This document shows, in pieces, positions 1 to 6,023 of a stretch of 64,000 nt of DNA. The translations under genes were made by a program, and so were the position numbers. This DNA comes from a virus, in IMG/VR virus record IMGVR_UViG_3300032334_000315, positions 1-64,000 of that record; one strand, 5' to 3'. The stretch's first letter is position 1. Each line of letters opens with the position of its first letter. Under the pieces are notes generated by a model. That model was given only the letters and a program-made list of their open reading frames with translations, did no database searches and was not told the DNA's origin.

Positions 1-67
1 GAGGGTGGAATTGCACCACCGGCCTTTTGGGTATGAGCCAAACGAGCTACTACTGCTCCACTCTGCT
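1..67 (-). tRNA. tRNA-Met(CAT), initiator-like, 3' end beyond the window edge
   Basis: Minus strand GCAGAGTGGAGCAGTAGTAGCTCG-TTTGG-CTCATAC-CCAAA; D-arm resembles fMet; T-loop variant GTGCAAT. Confidence 0.8.
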
Positions 68-74
68 TCAACTT

Positions 75-150
75 TGGTGCCGAAGACTGGACTTGAACCA
101 GTGACAATACCCGTATGAAGGGTGCGCTCTACCAACTGAGCTACATCGGC
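75..150 (-). tRNA. tRNA with CAT anticodon (Met or Ile2)
   Basis: Cloverleaf, anticodon loop TTCATAC, GTTCAAGTC, encoded CCA. Confidence 0.9.
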
Positions 151-239
151 AAACTGTTCCCACCGTTAACTGGCTCCATAAGCGCCACGGGTTTGTTTTA
201 CATCGGCTGCCGCACGGTGGGCACACGGTCCGATGGTAG

Positions 240-333
240 TGGTGGGTGAGGTAGGAGTCGAACCTACATTGTTTACCACATAGGGACCGGATTTACAGTC
301 CGGAGATGCACACGCCATAGCATCAACTCACCC
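240..333 (-). tRNA. tRNA-Tyr(GTA)
   Basis: CCGGA-CTGTAAA-TCCGG anticodon arm, long variable arm, CCA. Confidence 0.93.
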
Positions 334-340
334 AATTCTT

Positions 341-757
341 TTATACTTGAACCCAGACTTGACCTTCAAGCCACGCTACGACCTCGTCACGCACGGCTTT
401 TACCGCATCTGGCTTCATAAACTTTTCAATTTTTCCATGCTCATATTTGATGACCATTGAAACAATACGAGGCAAAATATACGTCTTGAACGTACCATTA
501 TCTTTACGACAATGTTCTATCTTTTTGTAAATTCGGCCTTCCATGTATGCGCGAGCGAGATAGGTAGCACGAGCTTCATTGCGAACATCAAAACGACGAT
601 GGCTATTCAATGACTCCCACATGAAACGAACTTTAGTCTCGTCCTTTTGGTGTGTCTTGAGCCATTCAATCTGACGCTTGAGTTTCTGTTCCTCGAAACG
701 AATGACGCCAGCTTCCAATGCGAGATGTTTAGACTTGATCTTTAACTTGATAGACAT
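341..757 (-). CDS. hypothetical basic phage protein (138 aa) downstream of suppressor tRNA and mini-ORF
   Basis: ORF with AAGGA RBS and its own TTGACT-N17-TATAAT promoter; HRRxDVRxEARATYLARAY segment. Confidence 0.85.
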   Translation of the reverse strand: MSIKLKIKSKHLALEAGVIRFEEQKLKRQIEWLKTHQKDETKVRFMWESLNSHRRFDVRNEARATYLARAYMEGRIYKKIEHCRKDNGTFKTYILPRIVSMVIKYEHGKIEKFMKPDAVKAVRDEVVAWLEGQVWVQV

Positions 758-781
758 GTTAGTTTCCTTATTGATGATTAC

Positions 782-810
782 ATTATACGATAGTGATTAT
801 TCAAAGTCAA
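782..810 (-). promoter_or_regulatory. sigma70-type promoter
   Basis: TTGACT-N17-TATAAT upstream of 341..757. Confidence 0.75.
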
Positions 811-819
811 TAAGAAAAT

Positions 820-858
820 TCATGGGGGACGAAAAACCTACAGAAAAAATACCTTCAT
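820..858 (-). CDS. mini-ORF MKVFFL(UAG)VFRPP with in-frame amber codon
   Basis: GGAG 7 nt before ATG AAG GTA TTT TTT CTG TAG GTT TTT CGT CCC CCA TGA; starts 20 nt after the CUA tRNA. Confidence 0.65.
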
Positions 859-878
859 GTTATTACTCCATTATCAGT

Positions 879-952
879 TGGTGATCCTAACGGGACTTGA
901 ACCCGCATTCATCGTTTTAGAGACGACTGCATATCCGCCATGCTCTAGGATC
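879..952 (-). tRNA. amber suppressor tRNA (anticodon CTA)
   Basis: GATCCTA/TAGGATC acceptor, GCAT/ATGC D-stem, GTCGT-CTCTAAA-ACGAT anticodon arm, GCGGG-TTCAAGT-CCCGT, ACCA. Confidence 0.9.
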
Positions 953-960
953 TATTTATA
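953..960 (-). promoter_or_regulatory. T4-type late promoter box TATAAATA
   Basis: Exact gp55 consensus abutting the 5' end of the suppressor tRNA. Confidence 0.6.
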
Positions 961-962
961 AG

Positions 963-1038
963 TGGTACTACCTCCAAGATTCGAACTTGAACTCCGGCGT
1001 CCACAACACCGGGTGCTTACCAATTACACTAAGGTAGC
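963..1038 (-). tRNA. tRNA-His(GTG), A73, no encoded G-1
   Basis: CGGTG-TTGTGGA-CGCCG anticodon arm, acceptor GCTACCT/AGGTAGT, ACCA. Confidence 0.92.
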
Positions 1039-1622
1039 ACAAACTGCTTCTGAATAAGATTCATATTTGTTGTTACTGCCACGCGATCGGTATCGGACTG
1101 ATTATGCGATACTTGATGAACTAACCAACCGGGAAACATAATCATCTGCCCAGCTTTTGGCTTATAGCTGAACACATTATAATGTTCAGGATTAAGACTA
1201 ATCCATCCTAATGTCGATCTGGGATCGAGCAGACGAATGTTTCCGCCTTTATCTCCTACATCCACATAATAAGTGGCTGCAATCGTATTCATTCGATGAT
1301 TATGAAATCTGTATTCTTGACCATATTGACGAAAATTGATCCAACCTCTAGCATGCCTAAAGTAGTCTGGCTTGTATTCCATCTCAAAAAATTCTGTTGC
1401 ATATTTAGCCGCAGATTCCAAAAAGAAATCATGAAGTATGTTTATGCCTTCATTATATCTATGACTCCAAATATTTCTATCTTTTTCATATTCGAAAACG
1501 TCCAAACTACCTTGATCGGCAACTCCTTTAAGATTGCCGTTCAGGATGACTTCATTGATTCTTTCGAAATCTGGTAAATCAAAAATTGCTACCGGTGTTG
1601 AAAACAGATTTAATTTCTGCAT
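1029..1622 (-). CDS. putative 2OG-Fe(II) oxygenase (TIGR02466-like)
   Basis: LFSTPV start, W-N...HNH, YY, DPR, FPGWLVHQV...R motifs. Confidence 0.8.
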   Translation of the reverse strand: MQKLNLFSTPVAIFDLPDFERINEVILNGNLKGVADQGSLDVFEYEKDRNIWSHRYNEGINILHDFFLESAAKYATEFFEMEYKPDYFRHARGWINFRQYGQEYRFHNHRMNTIAATYYVDVGDKGGNIRLLDPRSTLGWISLNPEHYNVFSYKPKAGQMIMFPGWLVHQVSHNQSDTDRVAVTTNMNLIQKQFVLP

Positions 1623-1637
1623 GATATACCTTTAAAT

Positions 1638-1714
1638 TGGTGCCCATAGTAGGACTCGAACCTACAACATTCGGAGTTTGAAACCGACGCCTCTGCCAAT
1701 TGGACTATACGGGC
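1638..1714 (-). tRNA. tRNA-Leu(CAA), short variable arm
   Basis: Leu-type D-arm GTCCAATTGGCAGAGGC, loop TTCAAAC, A73, CCA. Confidence 0.82.
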
Positions 1715-1850
1715 TAATTTTAATGAAGCTTTCTGTGTGAAATGTAATAGTGATACGCTTCACCAACACGCTTCATGTAGACATACATCCAACCACAAAG
1801 CATATAAACAAAATTACCATGTACCGTTTGCATATTAACACCTTTGTTGT

Positions 1851-1927
1851 TGGTGCCCCTGGAGAGATTCGAACTCCCACCACCCGGAACCTAAATCCGG
1901 TGCCTCTACCAGTTGGACTACAGGGGC
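1851..1927 (-). tRNA. tRNA-Leu(TAG), short variable arm
   Basis: CCGGA-TTTAGGT-TCCGG, CCA. Confidence 0.9.
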
Positions 1928-1933
1928 AAACTT

Positions 1934-2008
1934 TGGCGCTTCTGAAGGGAATCGAACCCTCCTCGCCCCTTAGACAGAGGGGTCGCCTCACCAGATGCGT
2001 ACAGAAGC
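1934..2008 (-). tRNA. tRNA-Asp(GTC)
   Basis: CCCCT-CTGTCTA-AGGGG, GCCA end. Confidence 0.92.
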
Positions 2009-2011
2009 AAA

Positions 2012-2201
2012 TTGATATTACGCCAGCATAGCTACAGAATGCCAATGGGAATCGAACCCAACACGCCTCCCCTTAGACCACTACTCTCACAATGCGAGAG
2101 TCAAAGGAATCGAACCTGAATCGGTTTGGGTCTACCAAGTGCTTCTTACGCTTCTGGTTAATTACTCCAGATCGTTAGCAGCTATGCTGGCGTAATATCA
2201 A
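2012..2201 (-). ncRNA. candidate ncRNA closed by a perfect 22-bp stem, containing two TPsiC-like loops
   Basis: Inverted repeat 2012-2033/2180-2201; two GGTTCGATTCC hairpins on the minus strand. Confidence 0.65.
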
Positions 2202-2202
2202 A

Positions 2203-2357
2203 TGCTGGTTACTGCCATCCAGCGTTGCCTTTCCGCGCAACAGGTTCTGAGACAAGACGGTTCAAGCAACTCGGTCTCTTCAGGCGGCCGCAGCCTATAT
2301 CCACCAATCCGGCTTGAACCCAGGTTAGGTGGTGACGCAAAGGATCTCATCCCTTTG
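2203..2357 (-). ncRNA. candidate multi-hairpin ncRNA with 9-bp loop-loop pairing
   Basis: Six short helices; GGTTCAAGC (2259-2267) complementary to GCTTGAACC (2312-2320). Confidence 0.55.
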
Positions 2358-2362
2358 AATTA

Positions 2363-2438
2363 TGGTGCCCCCACGAAGATTCGAACTCCGGACCTACTGA
2401 TTACAAATCAGTTGCTCTACCAGCTGAGCTATAAGGGC
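2363..2438 (-). tRNA. tRNA-Thr(TGT)
   Basis: Cloverleaf, loop TTTGTAA, CCA. Confidence 0.95.
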
Positions 2439-2501
2439 AAAACTAGAGGGATGGTGTTGTGTACACAGGCCTCGCCAAGCCACACCATCCCGTACGCGAT
2501 A

Positions 2502-2578
2502 TGGAGTCCCGTGAGGGAGTCAAACCCCCAACCTTCGGTTTCGTAGACCGATGCTCTATTCAGTTGAGCTAACGAGAC
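2502..2578 (-). tRNA. tRNA-Arg(ACG)
   Basis: TCGGT-CTACGAA-ACCGA, CCA. Confidence 0.92.
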
Positions 2579-2581
2579 AAA

Positions 2582-2657
2582 TGGTGGAGGTAGCCAGAAT
2601 CGAACTGACGACATCCTGCTTGCAAAGCAGGCGCTCTCCCAACTGAGCTATACCCCC
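2582..2657 (-). tRNA. tRNA-Ala(TGC)
   Basis: Loop TTTGCAA, G3:U70, CCA. Confidence 0.95.
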
Positions 2658-2732
2658 TGGTAGTCCGTGACGGGATTGAACCGCCGACCTTCTCCGTGTA
2701 AAGGAGTTGCTCTCCCGCTGAGCTAACGGACC
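2658..2732 (-). tRNA. tRNA-Val(TAC), abuts tRNA-Ala with no spacer
   Basis: Loop TTTACAC, CCA. Confidence 0.94.
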
Positions 2733-2739
2733 ACAAAAT

Positions 2740-2815
2740 TGGCTCCCCCGCGTGGGCTCGAACCACGGACATTCTGATTAACAGTCAGACGCTCTACCAG
2801 CTGAGCTACAGGGAA
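2740..2815 (-). tRNA. tRNA-Asn(GTT)
   Basis: Loop CTGTTAA, GCCA. Confidence 0.94.
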
Positions 2816-2834
2816 TCATTCTTATATATGCATT

Positions 2835-2909
2835 TGGTTGGCACAGAAGGTTACGATCCTTCCACCCCCGTCTTATCAGGACGGTGCTCTACCACTGAGC
2901 TATGCGCCA
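2835..2909 (-). tRNA. tRNA-Ile(GAT)
   Basis: Loop CTGATAA; variant T-loop ATCGTAA; CCA. Confidence 0.88.
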
Positions 2910-2914
2910 CTATT

Positions 2915-2990
2915 TGGTGAACCATGCAGGGATCGAACCTGCGACAAAGAGATTAAGAGTCTCCTGCTCTACCAGCTGAGCTAATGGTCC
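2915..2990 (-). tRNA. tRNA-Lys(CTT)
   Basis: Loop CTCTTAA, CCA. Confidence 0.94.
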
Positions 2991-2995
2991 AAACT

Positions 2996-3072
<77 letters not shown>

Positions 3073-3074
3073 AA

Positions 3075-3274
3075 AACTTGTTAGGAGTGGTGTTATGTTA
3101 TGGATATGGATAGACTGACATACCGTTCGCTTTACTCTGCAACCTTATACATGGGAGCAACCCCACTTTTCGATTACAACTCAGTTTATGCCGTGCCTGC
3201 AGGACAGAGGGCTCCAGGGACTGTGCGCTGCCCAGGAACACTGGGATTTTCCATAACACCACACCTAACAAGTT
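3075..3274 (-). ncRNA. candidate ncRNA closed by a 23-bp stem (one mismatch)
   Basis: Inverted repeat 3075-3097/3252-3274 around a 154-nt interior. Confidence 0.55.
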
Positions 3275-3374
3275 GTTTCTTCTAAAAGAGCTATCTTGCA
3301 TACCCCATACGAGATATCTTGTAGCTGCCACTAACGATGTGGCAGCATCGCATAGCTCTTTTAGAAGAAACAAC
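3272..3374 (-). ncRNA. candidate ncRNA closed by a perfect 23-bp stem
   Basis: Inverted repeat 3272-3294/3352-3374; inner GCTGCCAC/GTGGCAGC hairpin. Confidence 0.55.
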
Positions 3375-3478
3375 CGTTACACCCACGATGGGGTAAGAAT
3401 CCCTACTCAGAGAGTACGAATCCCCGGTGTTTCTTTTTCTTTACCAGCAATGTCAAACAGCGTATTCTCTATTCTTAT

Positions 3479-3507
3479 ATAGTAGCAGGTTGGCACTCTT
3501 TTGTCAA
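3479..3507 (-). promoter_or_regulatory. sigma70-type promoter for the tRNA/ncRNA array
   Basis: TTGACA-N17-TACTAT. Confidence 0.75.
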
Positions 3508-3517
3508 CCACTCTTTT

Positions 3518-3592
3518 TGGCAGAGCGTAGGGTAATTGAAACCCTTTCTCCAGGTTGAGAACCTAGCGTCCTAACCAATAGACGAACGCTCC
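3518..3592 (-). tRNA. tRNA-Glu(CTC)
   Basis: CTAGG-TTCTCAA-CCTGG, GCCA. Confidence 0.88.
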
Positions 3593-3598
3593 AAAACT

Positions 3599-3676
3599 TG
3601 GTCCTCCGTATCGGATTTGAACCGATGATCTCCGCGCTTGAAAGGCGGGTATGTTGGACCGCTACACCAACGGAGG
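3599..3676 (-). tRNA. tRNA-Glu(TTC)
   Basis: Loop CTTTCAA, irregular anticodon stem, CCA. Confidence 0.85.
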
Positions 3677-3681
3677 ATATA

Positions 3682-3758
3682 TGGTGGACTCTCTGGGACT
3701 CGAACCCAGCACCAACGGTTTAAAAGACCGCTGCTCTAACCAACTGAGCTAAGAGTCC
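3682..3758 (-). tRNA. tRNA-Lys(TTT)
   Basis: GCGGT-CTTTTAA-ACCGT, CCA. Confidence 0.94.
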
Positions 3759-3765
3759 GAAATCT

Positions 3766-4020
3766 TTACGGGATATGGTTCCCGCAAACCTGACGCTCTA
3801 CGTACCCGTGAGGAGTGCGATTCCACACAGTAGCACACCGCGGGCGTCGGAGTGGTGCATAATACGGCCTAGGAACAGGCTGCGGTATATACACTGGCTC
3901 CTGCGCGATATACCGCGGAGGCGGAACGTAAACGTCCATGGTAGGTCGAGGACCATACACGGTAGCATTGCAGCCCGCGAGCGCGAGGGCTAATGCTGAG
4001 ACGGCTGCAATGCGGATCAT
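3766..4020 (-). CDS. proline-rich lipoprotein
   Basis: Signal peptide with lipobox LAGC; Pro/Tyr-rich body. Confidence 0.75.
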   Translation of the reverse strand: MIRIAAVSALALALAGCNATVYGPRPTMDVYVPPPRYIAQEPVYIPQPVPRPYYAPLRRPRCATVWNRTPHGYVERQVCGNHIP

Positions 4021-4382
4021 GCTACACTCCATTCCATTTCATCTTCGGTTTCAATCCATTCGGAACCGTCATACTCTCGTAGAATGTACCGCGTACCAGG
4101 TGCTAACTCACGGATGCACAGGTCAGCACAATAACCAGACGCAGCCTTACCAAGTTCCTCTACGACCTGAGCGAGAACAGGATCTGTCCGCTCAATATCC
4201 CATTCATTGAAAAAGTCACCCTCATTCATTACGCTAGTACCGATACGGAATCGGACATTGCGAAAACTAACTTCGGACTCTTCTTCGGTAAAAGGAACAC
4301 CCTTTATCTCGAGGTACCTACGAATGGCAGCGTCAGATAAACCAAAGCCACCATAACAACCATTATAAACGATCTTAGTCAC
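4017..4382 (-). CDS. hypothetical phage protein
   Basis: KIVYNGCYGGFGLS...ERTDPVL...EYDGSE pattern. Confidence 0.8.
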   Translation of the reverse strand: MTKIVYNGCYGGFGLSDAAIRRYLEIKGVPFTEEESEVSFRNVRFRIGTSVMNEGDFFNEWDIERTDPVLAQVVEELGKAASGYCADLCIRELAPGTRYILREYDGSEWIETEDEMEWSVA

Positions 4383-4398
4383 CTTGTCAACCTCTTTG

Positions 4399-4599
4399 TT
4401 AGTGGCGGTCGCGGAAGGATTCGAACCCTCGGCCCACGGAGTAGAAATCCGTTGCTCTATCCAGCTGAGCTACGCGACCTTTACGCTTGTAGCCTTTGCG
4501 AGATGCAACGACACGAGCATGGTATTTAGTAGTAGCCAAATCAATCGCAATCGGGTTACGCTTTGATCCGCTTGAGTTTACCGATGATTTCCCAGTCAT
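4399..4599 (-). CDS. ArfA-like small basic protein; ORF runs on through tRNA-Arg
   Basis: NPIAIDLATTKYHARVVASRKGYKRK resembles the ArfA core; first 40 codons precede the tRNA. Confidence 0.55.
   Translation of the reverse strand: MTGKSSVNSSGSKRNPIAIDLATTKYHARVVASRKGYKRKGRVAQLDRATDFYSVGRGFESFRDRH
4403..4479 (-). tRNA. tRNA-Arg(TCT)
   Basis: ACGGA-TTTCTAC-TCCGT, GCCA. Confidence 0.94.
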
Positions 4600-4756
4600 A
4601 GGTTTTTACCTTCGTCTTTCTATCGACAACAAAGTCCATTTTGTGCCCGGTTTTCTCTTCCAGGTACTTAACGGCCTCGGCTAACGTATCGAACACCTTT
4701 TGACCAGTGGTGTTATTTATATTCGGTTTCGCGAGATATCGTGTGTCTGTCGTCAT
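4556..4756 (-). CDS. hypothetical protein
   Basis: ORF directly behind the promoter at 4763-4791 (possibly near-leaderless). Confidence 0.7.
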   Translation of the reverse strand: MTTDTRYLAKPNINNTTGQKVFDTLAEAVKYLEEKTGHKMDFVVDRKTKVKTYDWEIIGKLKRIKA

Positions 4757-4762
4757 TTTTAT

Positions 4763-4791
4763 ATCCTAGCATGCCAGAGAGGGATTGTCAA
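4763..4791 (-). promoter_or_regulatory. early sigma70-type promoter
   Basis: TTGACA-N17-TAGGAT. Confidence 0.7.
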
Positions 4792-4799
4792 TAGCTATT

Positions 4800-5006
4800 T
4801 TAGCTTTTTTCAATTTGATCCAAAAGCCGTTCTAGAAACATAACCTCCTCGTGGATGCCAGTGCGATAACCAAGTTCCCGACCGACGAGTCGGCCCGATC
4901 CATCATATACAGCCATTAACTCACGGCTCAACGTCAGGCGTTCATATAGCCGTTCCTTGATCTCATGGATTGCAACATAAGCATCATTAGAAAAAAACTG
5001 GTTCAT
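4800..5006 (-). CDS. hypothetical protein
   Basis: ORF with GAGG RBS in an early operon. Confidence 0.7.
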   Translation of the reverse strand: MNQFFSNDAYVAIHEIKERLYERLTLSRELMAVYDGSGRLVGRELGYRTGIHEEVMFLERLLDQIEKS

Positions 5007-5014
5007 TCGACACC

Positions 5015-5281
5015 TCAGAGAATGGACAAGTTGGCACGGCCAGACTTATAGAGAACGACGGCTTCACGCCTTACGCCAGCTCCCGCACGGAACGCCTTGA
5101 GTCCGCTAGAGAAATAAAACAACCGGCCGCGCTCATACGACCACTGTTCCGCTGTGGAAAAATCATCGTAATCGGAACAAAAGCCTAGACCGTTCGCGGC
5201 ATCACGGGCACCCTGTAGAAAGGTAGGGCGAGCCATGATCTTACGGATCGAAGTTGACTTGGTTGCTACTTGCGCCATCAC
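5015..5281 (-). CDS. hypothetical protein
   Basis: GGAG RBS; QWSYERGR segment. Confidence 0.72.
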   Translation of the reverse strand: MMAQVATKSTSIRKIMARPTFLQGARDAANGLGFCSDYDDFSTAEQWSYERGRLFYFSSGLKAFRAGAGVRREAVVLYKSGRANLSIL

Positions 5282-5307
5282 TTTTCTCCATTCATCATCA
5301 TATTACC

Positions 5308-5336
5308 ATAATACCACGAACTGGCAGGATTGTCAA
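5308..5336 (-). promoter_or_regulatory. early sigma70-type promoter
   Basis: TTGACA-ATCCTGCCAGTTCGTGG-TATTAT; near-duplicate of 6024-6052. Confidence 0.8.
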
Positions 5337-5339
5337 CCC

Positions 5340-5984
5340 TTAGGCGGCAAGATTTTTCATAATCTTGCCCATACGGCGACCGTGTGCGGGATACGCAACC
5401 ACAGCCACATCCTTGCTCCAGCAAGCGCGGCAATCGCCACATTTGCCACCACGCTCATATGCGTCACACACCTTGGACGCTTCGGTCTCGGAGTCGGCAA
5501 ACGGAACAACCGTTGAGCCATGCTCACCATGCTCAAAAGCGCCGTTAATGAAGTCCGACGAATAGCGAACCGCTGCGTTCGGCAGGGCCTTCATCCGTTC
5601 AAGGATCGCGCGGATACGCGGGACCTTATAAGACTTCGTGGGCAGCCAATGCTGGACGTGAGGAGTCTTTTGCATGACCAGAAAAATCTTGAAAGCCAGA
5701 GCCGGGTGGTAAACGTCACCCGAGTCGAACCAACGGAAAAATTTCTGGCGCTTCAACTCCTTGACCATATCATCGACCCACTCACCGCGCTTCCAATCCT
5801 CGCGGTTGTGTTCGCGCAATGCGATGGCGTCAGGCATCTGGTAGAAACCCTCAGCCGCATAGCAACCAGCGCACACCTCAACCGGGGCCTTTGTCACCGG
5901 GTCGATAGAGCCAGGGCAGGTTTTACGTGCCTGGAGAGACCAGGATTTGGCAGGCATTTTCGAGGCTTTGGACAGCTTAATCAT
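5340..5984 (-). CDS. Gp88-like radical-SAM-related Fe-S protein
   Basis: SKMP..SWSL.A..TCPGS, CAGCYA, FRWFDSGD, HWLPT, CGDCRACW motifs. Confidence 0.8.
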   Translation of the reverse strand: MIKLSKASKMPAKSWSLQARKTCPGSIDPVTKAPVEVCAGCYAAEGFYQMPDAIALREHNREDWKRGEWVDDMVKELKRQKFFRWFDSGDVYHPALAFKIFLVMQKTPHVQHWLPTKSYKVPRIRAILERMKALPNAAVRYSSDFINGAFEHGEHGSTVVPFADSETEASKVCDAYERGGKCGDCRACWSKDVAVVAYPAHGRRMGKIMKNLAA

Positions 5985-6023
5985 TGCTATTCGCTCCGTT
6001 CGCTCAATTCATCTTATATTCTG

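Noticed and set aside
155-235. Canonical theta/HDV ribozyme
   Set aside because: Only 7 nt are available for P3/L3 and there is no recognisable catalytic C in J4/2; kept only as an unclassified pseudoknot.
879-952. Pyrrolysine tRNA
   Set aside because: It has a normal TTC T-loop, GG in the D-loop, a 5-bp anticodon stem and 2 nt between acceptor and D stems; no pylS/BCD genes in the window.
1638-1714. Opal/Sec tRNA (TCA) reading of ...GGTTTCAAACTCC...
   Set aside because: Stem pairing TCGG/CCGA centres the loop on CAA, and the D-arm and A73 are Leu-type.
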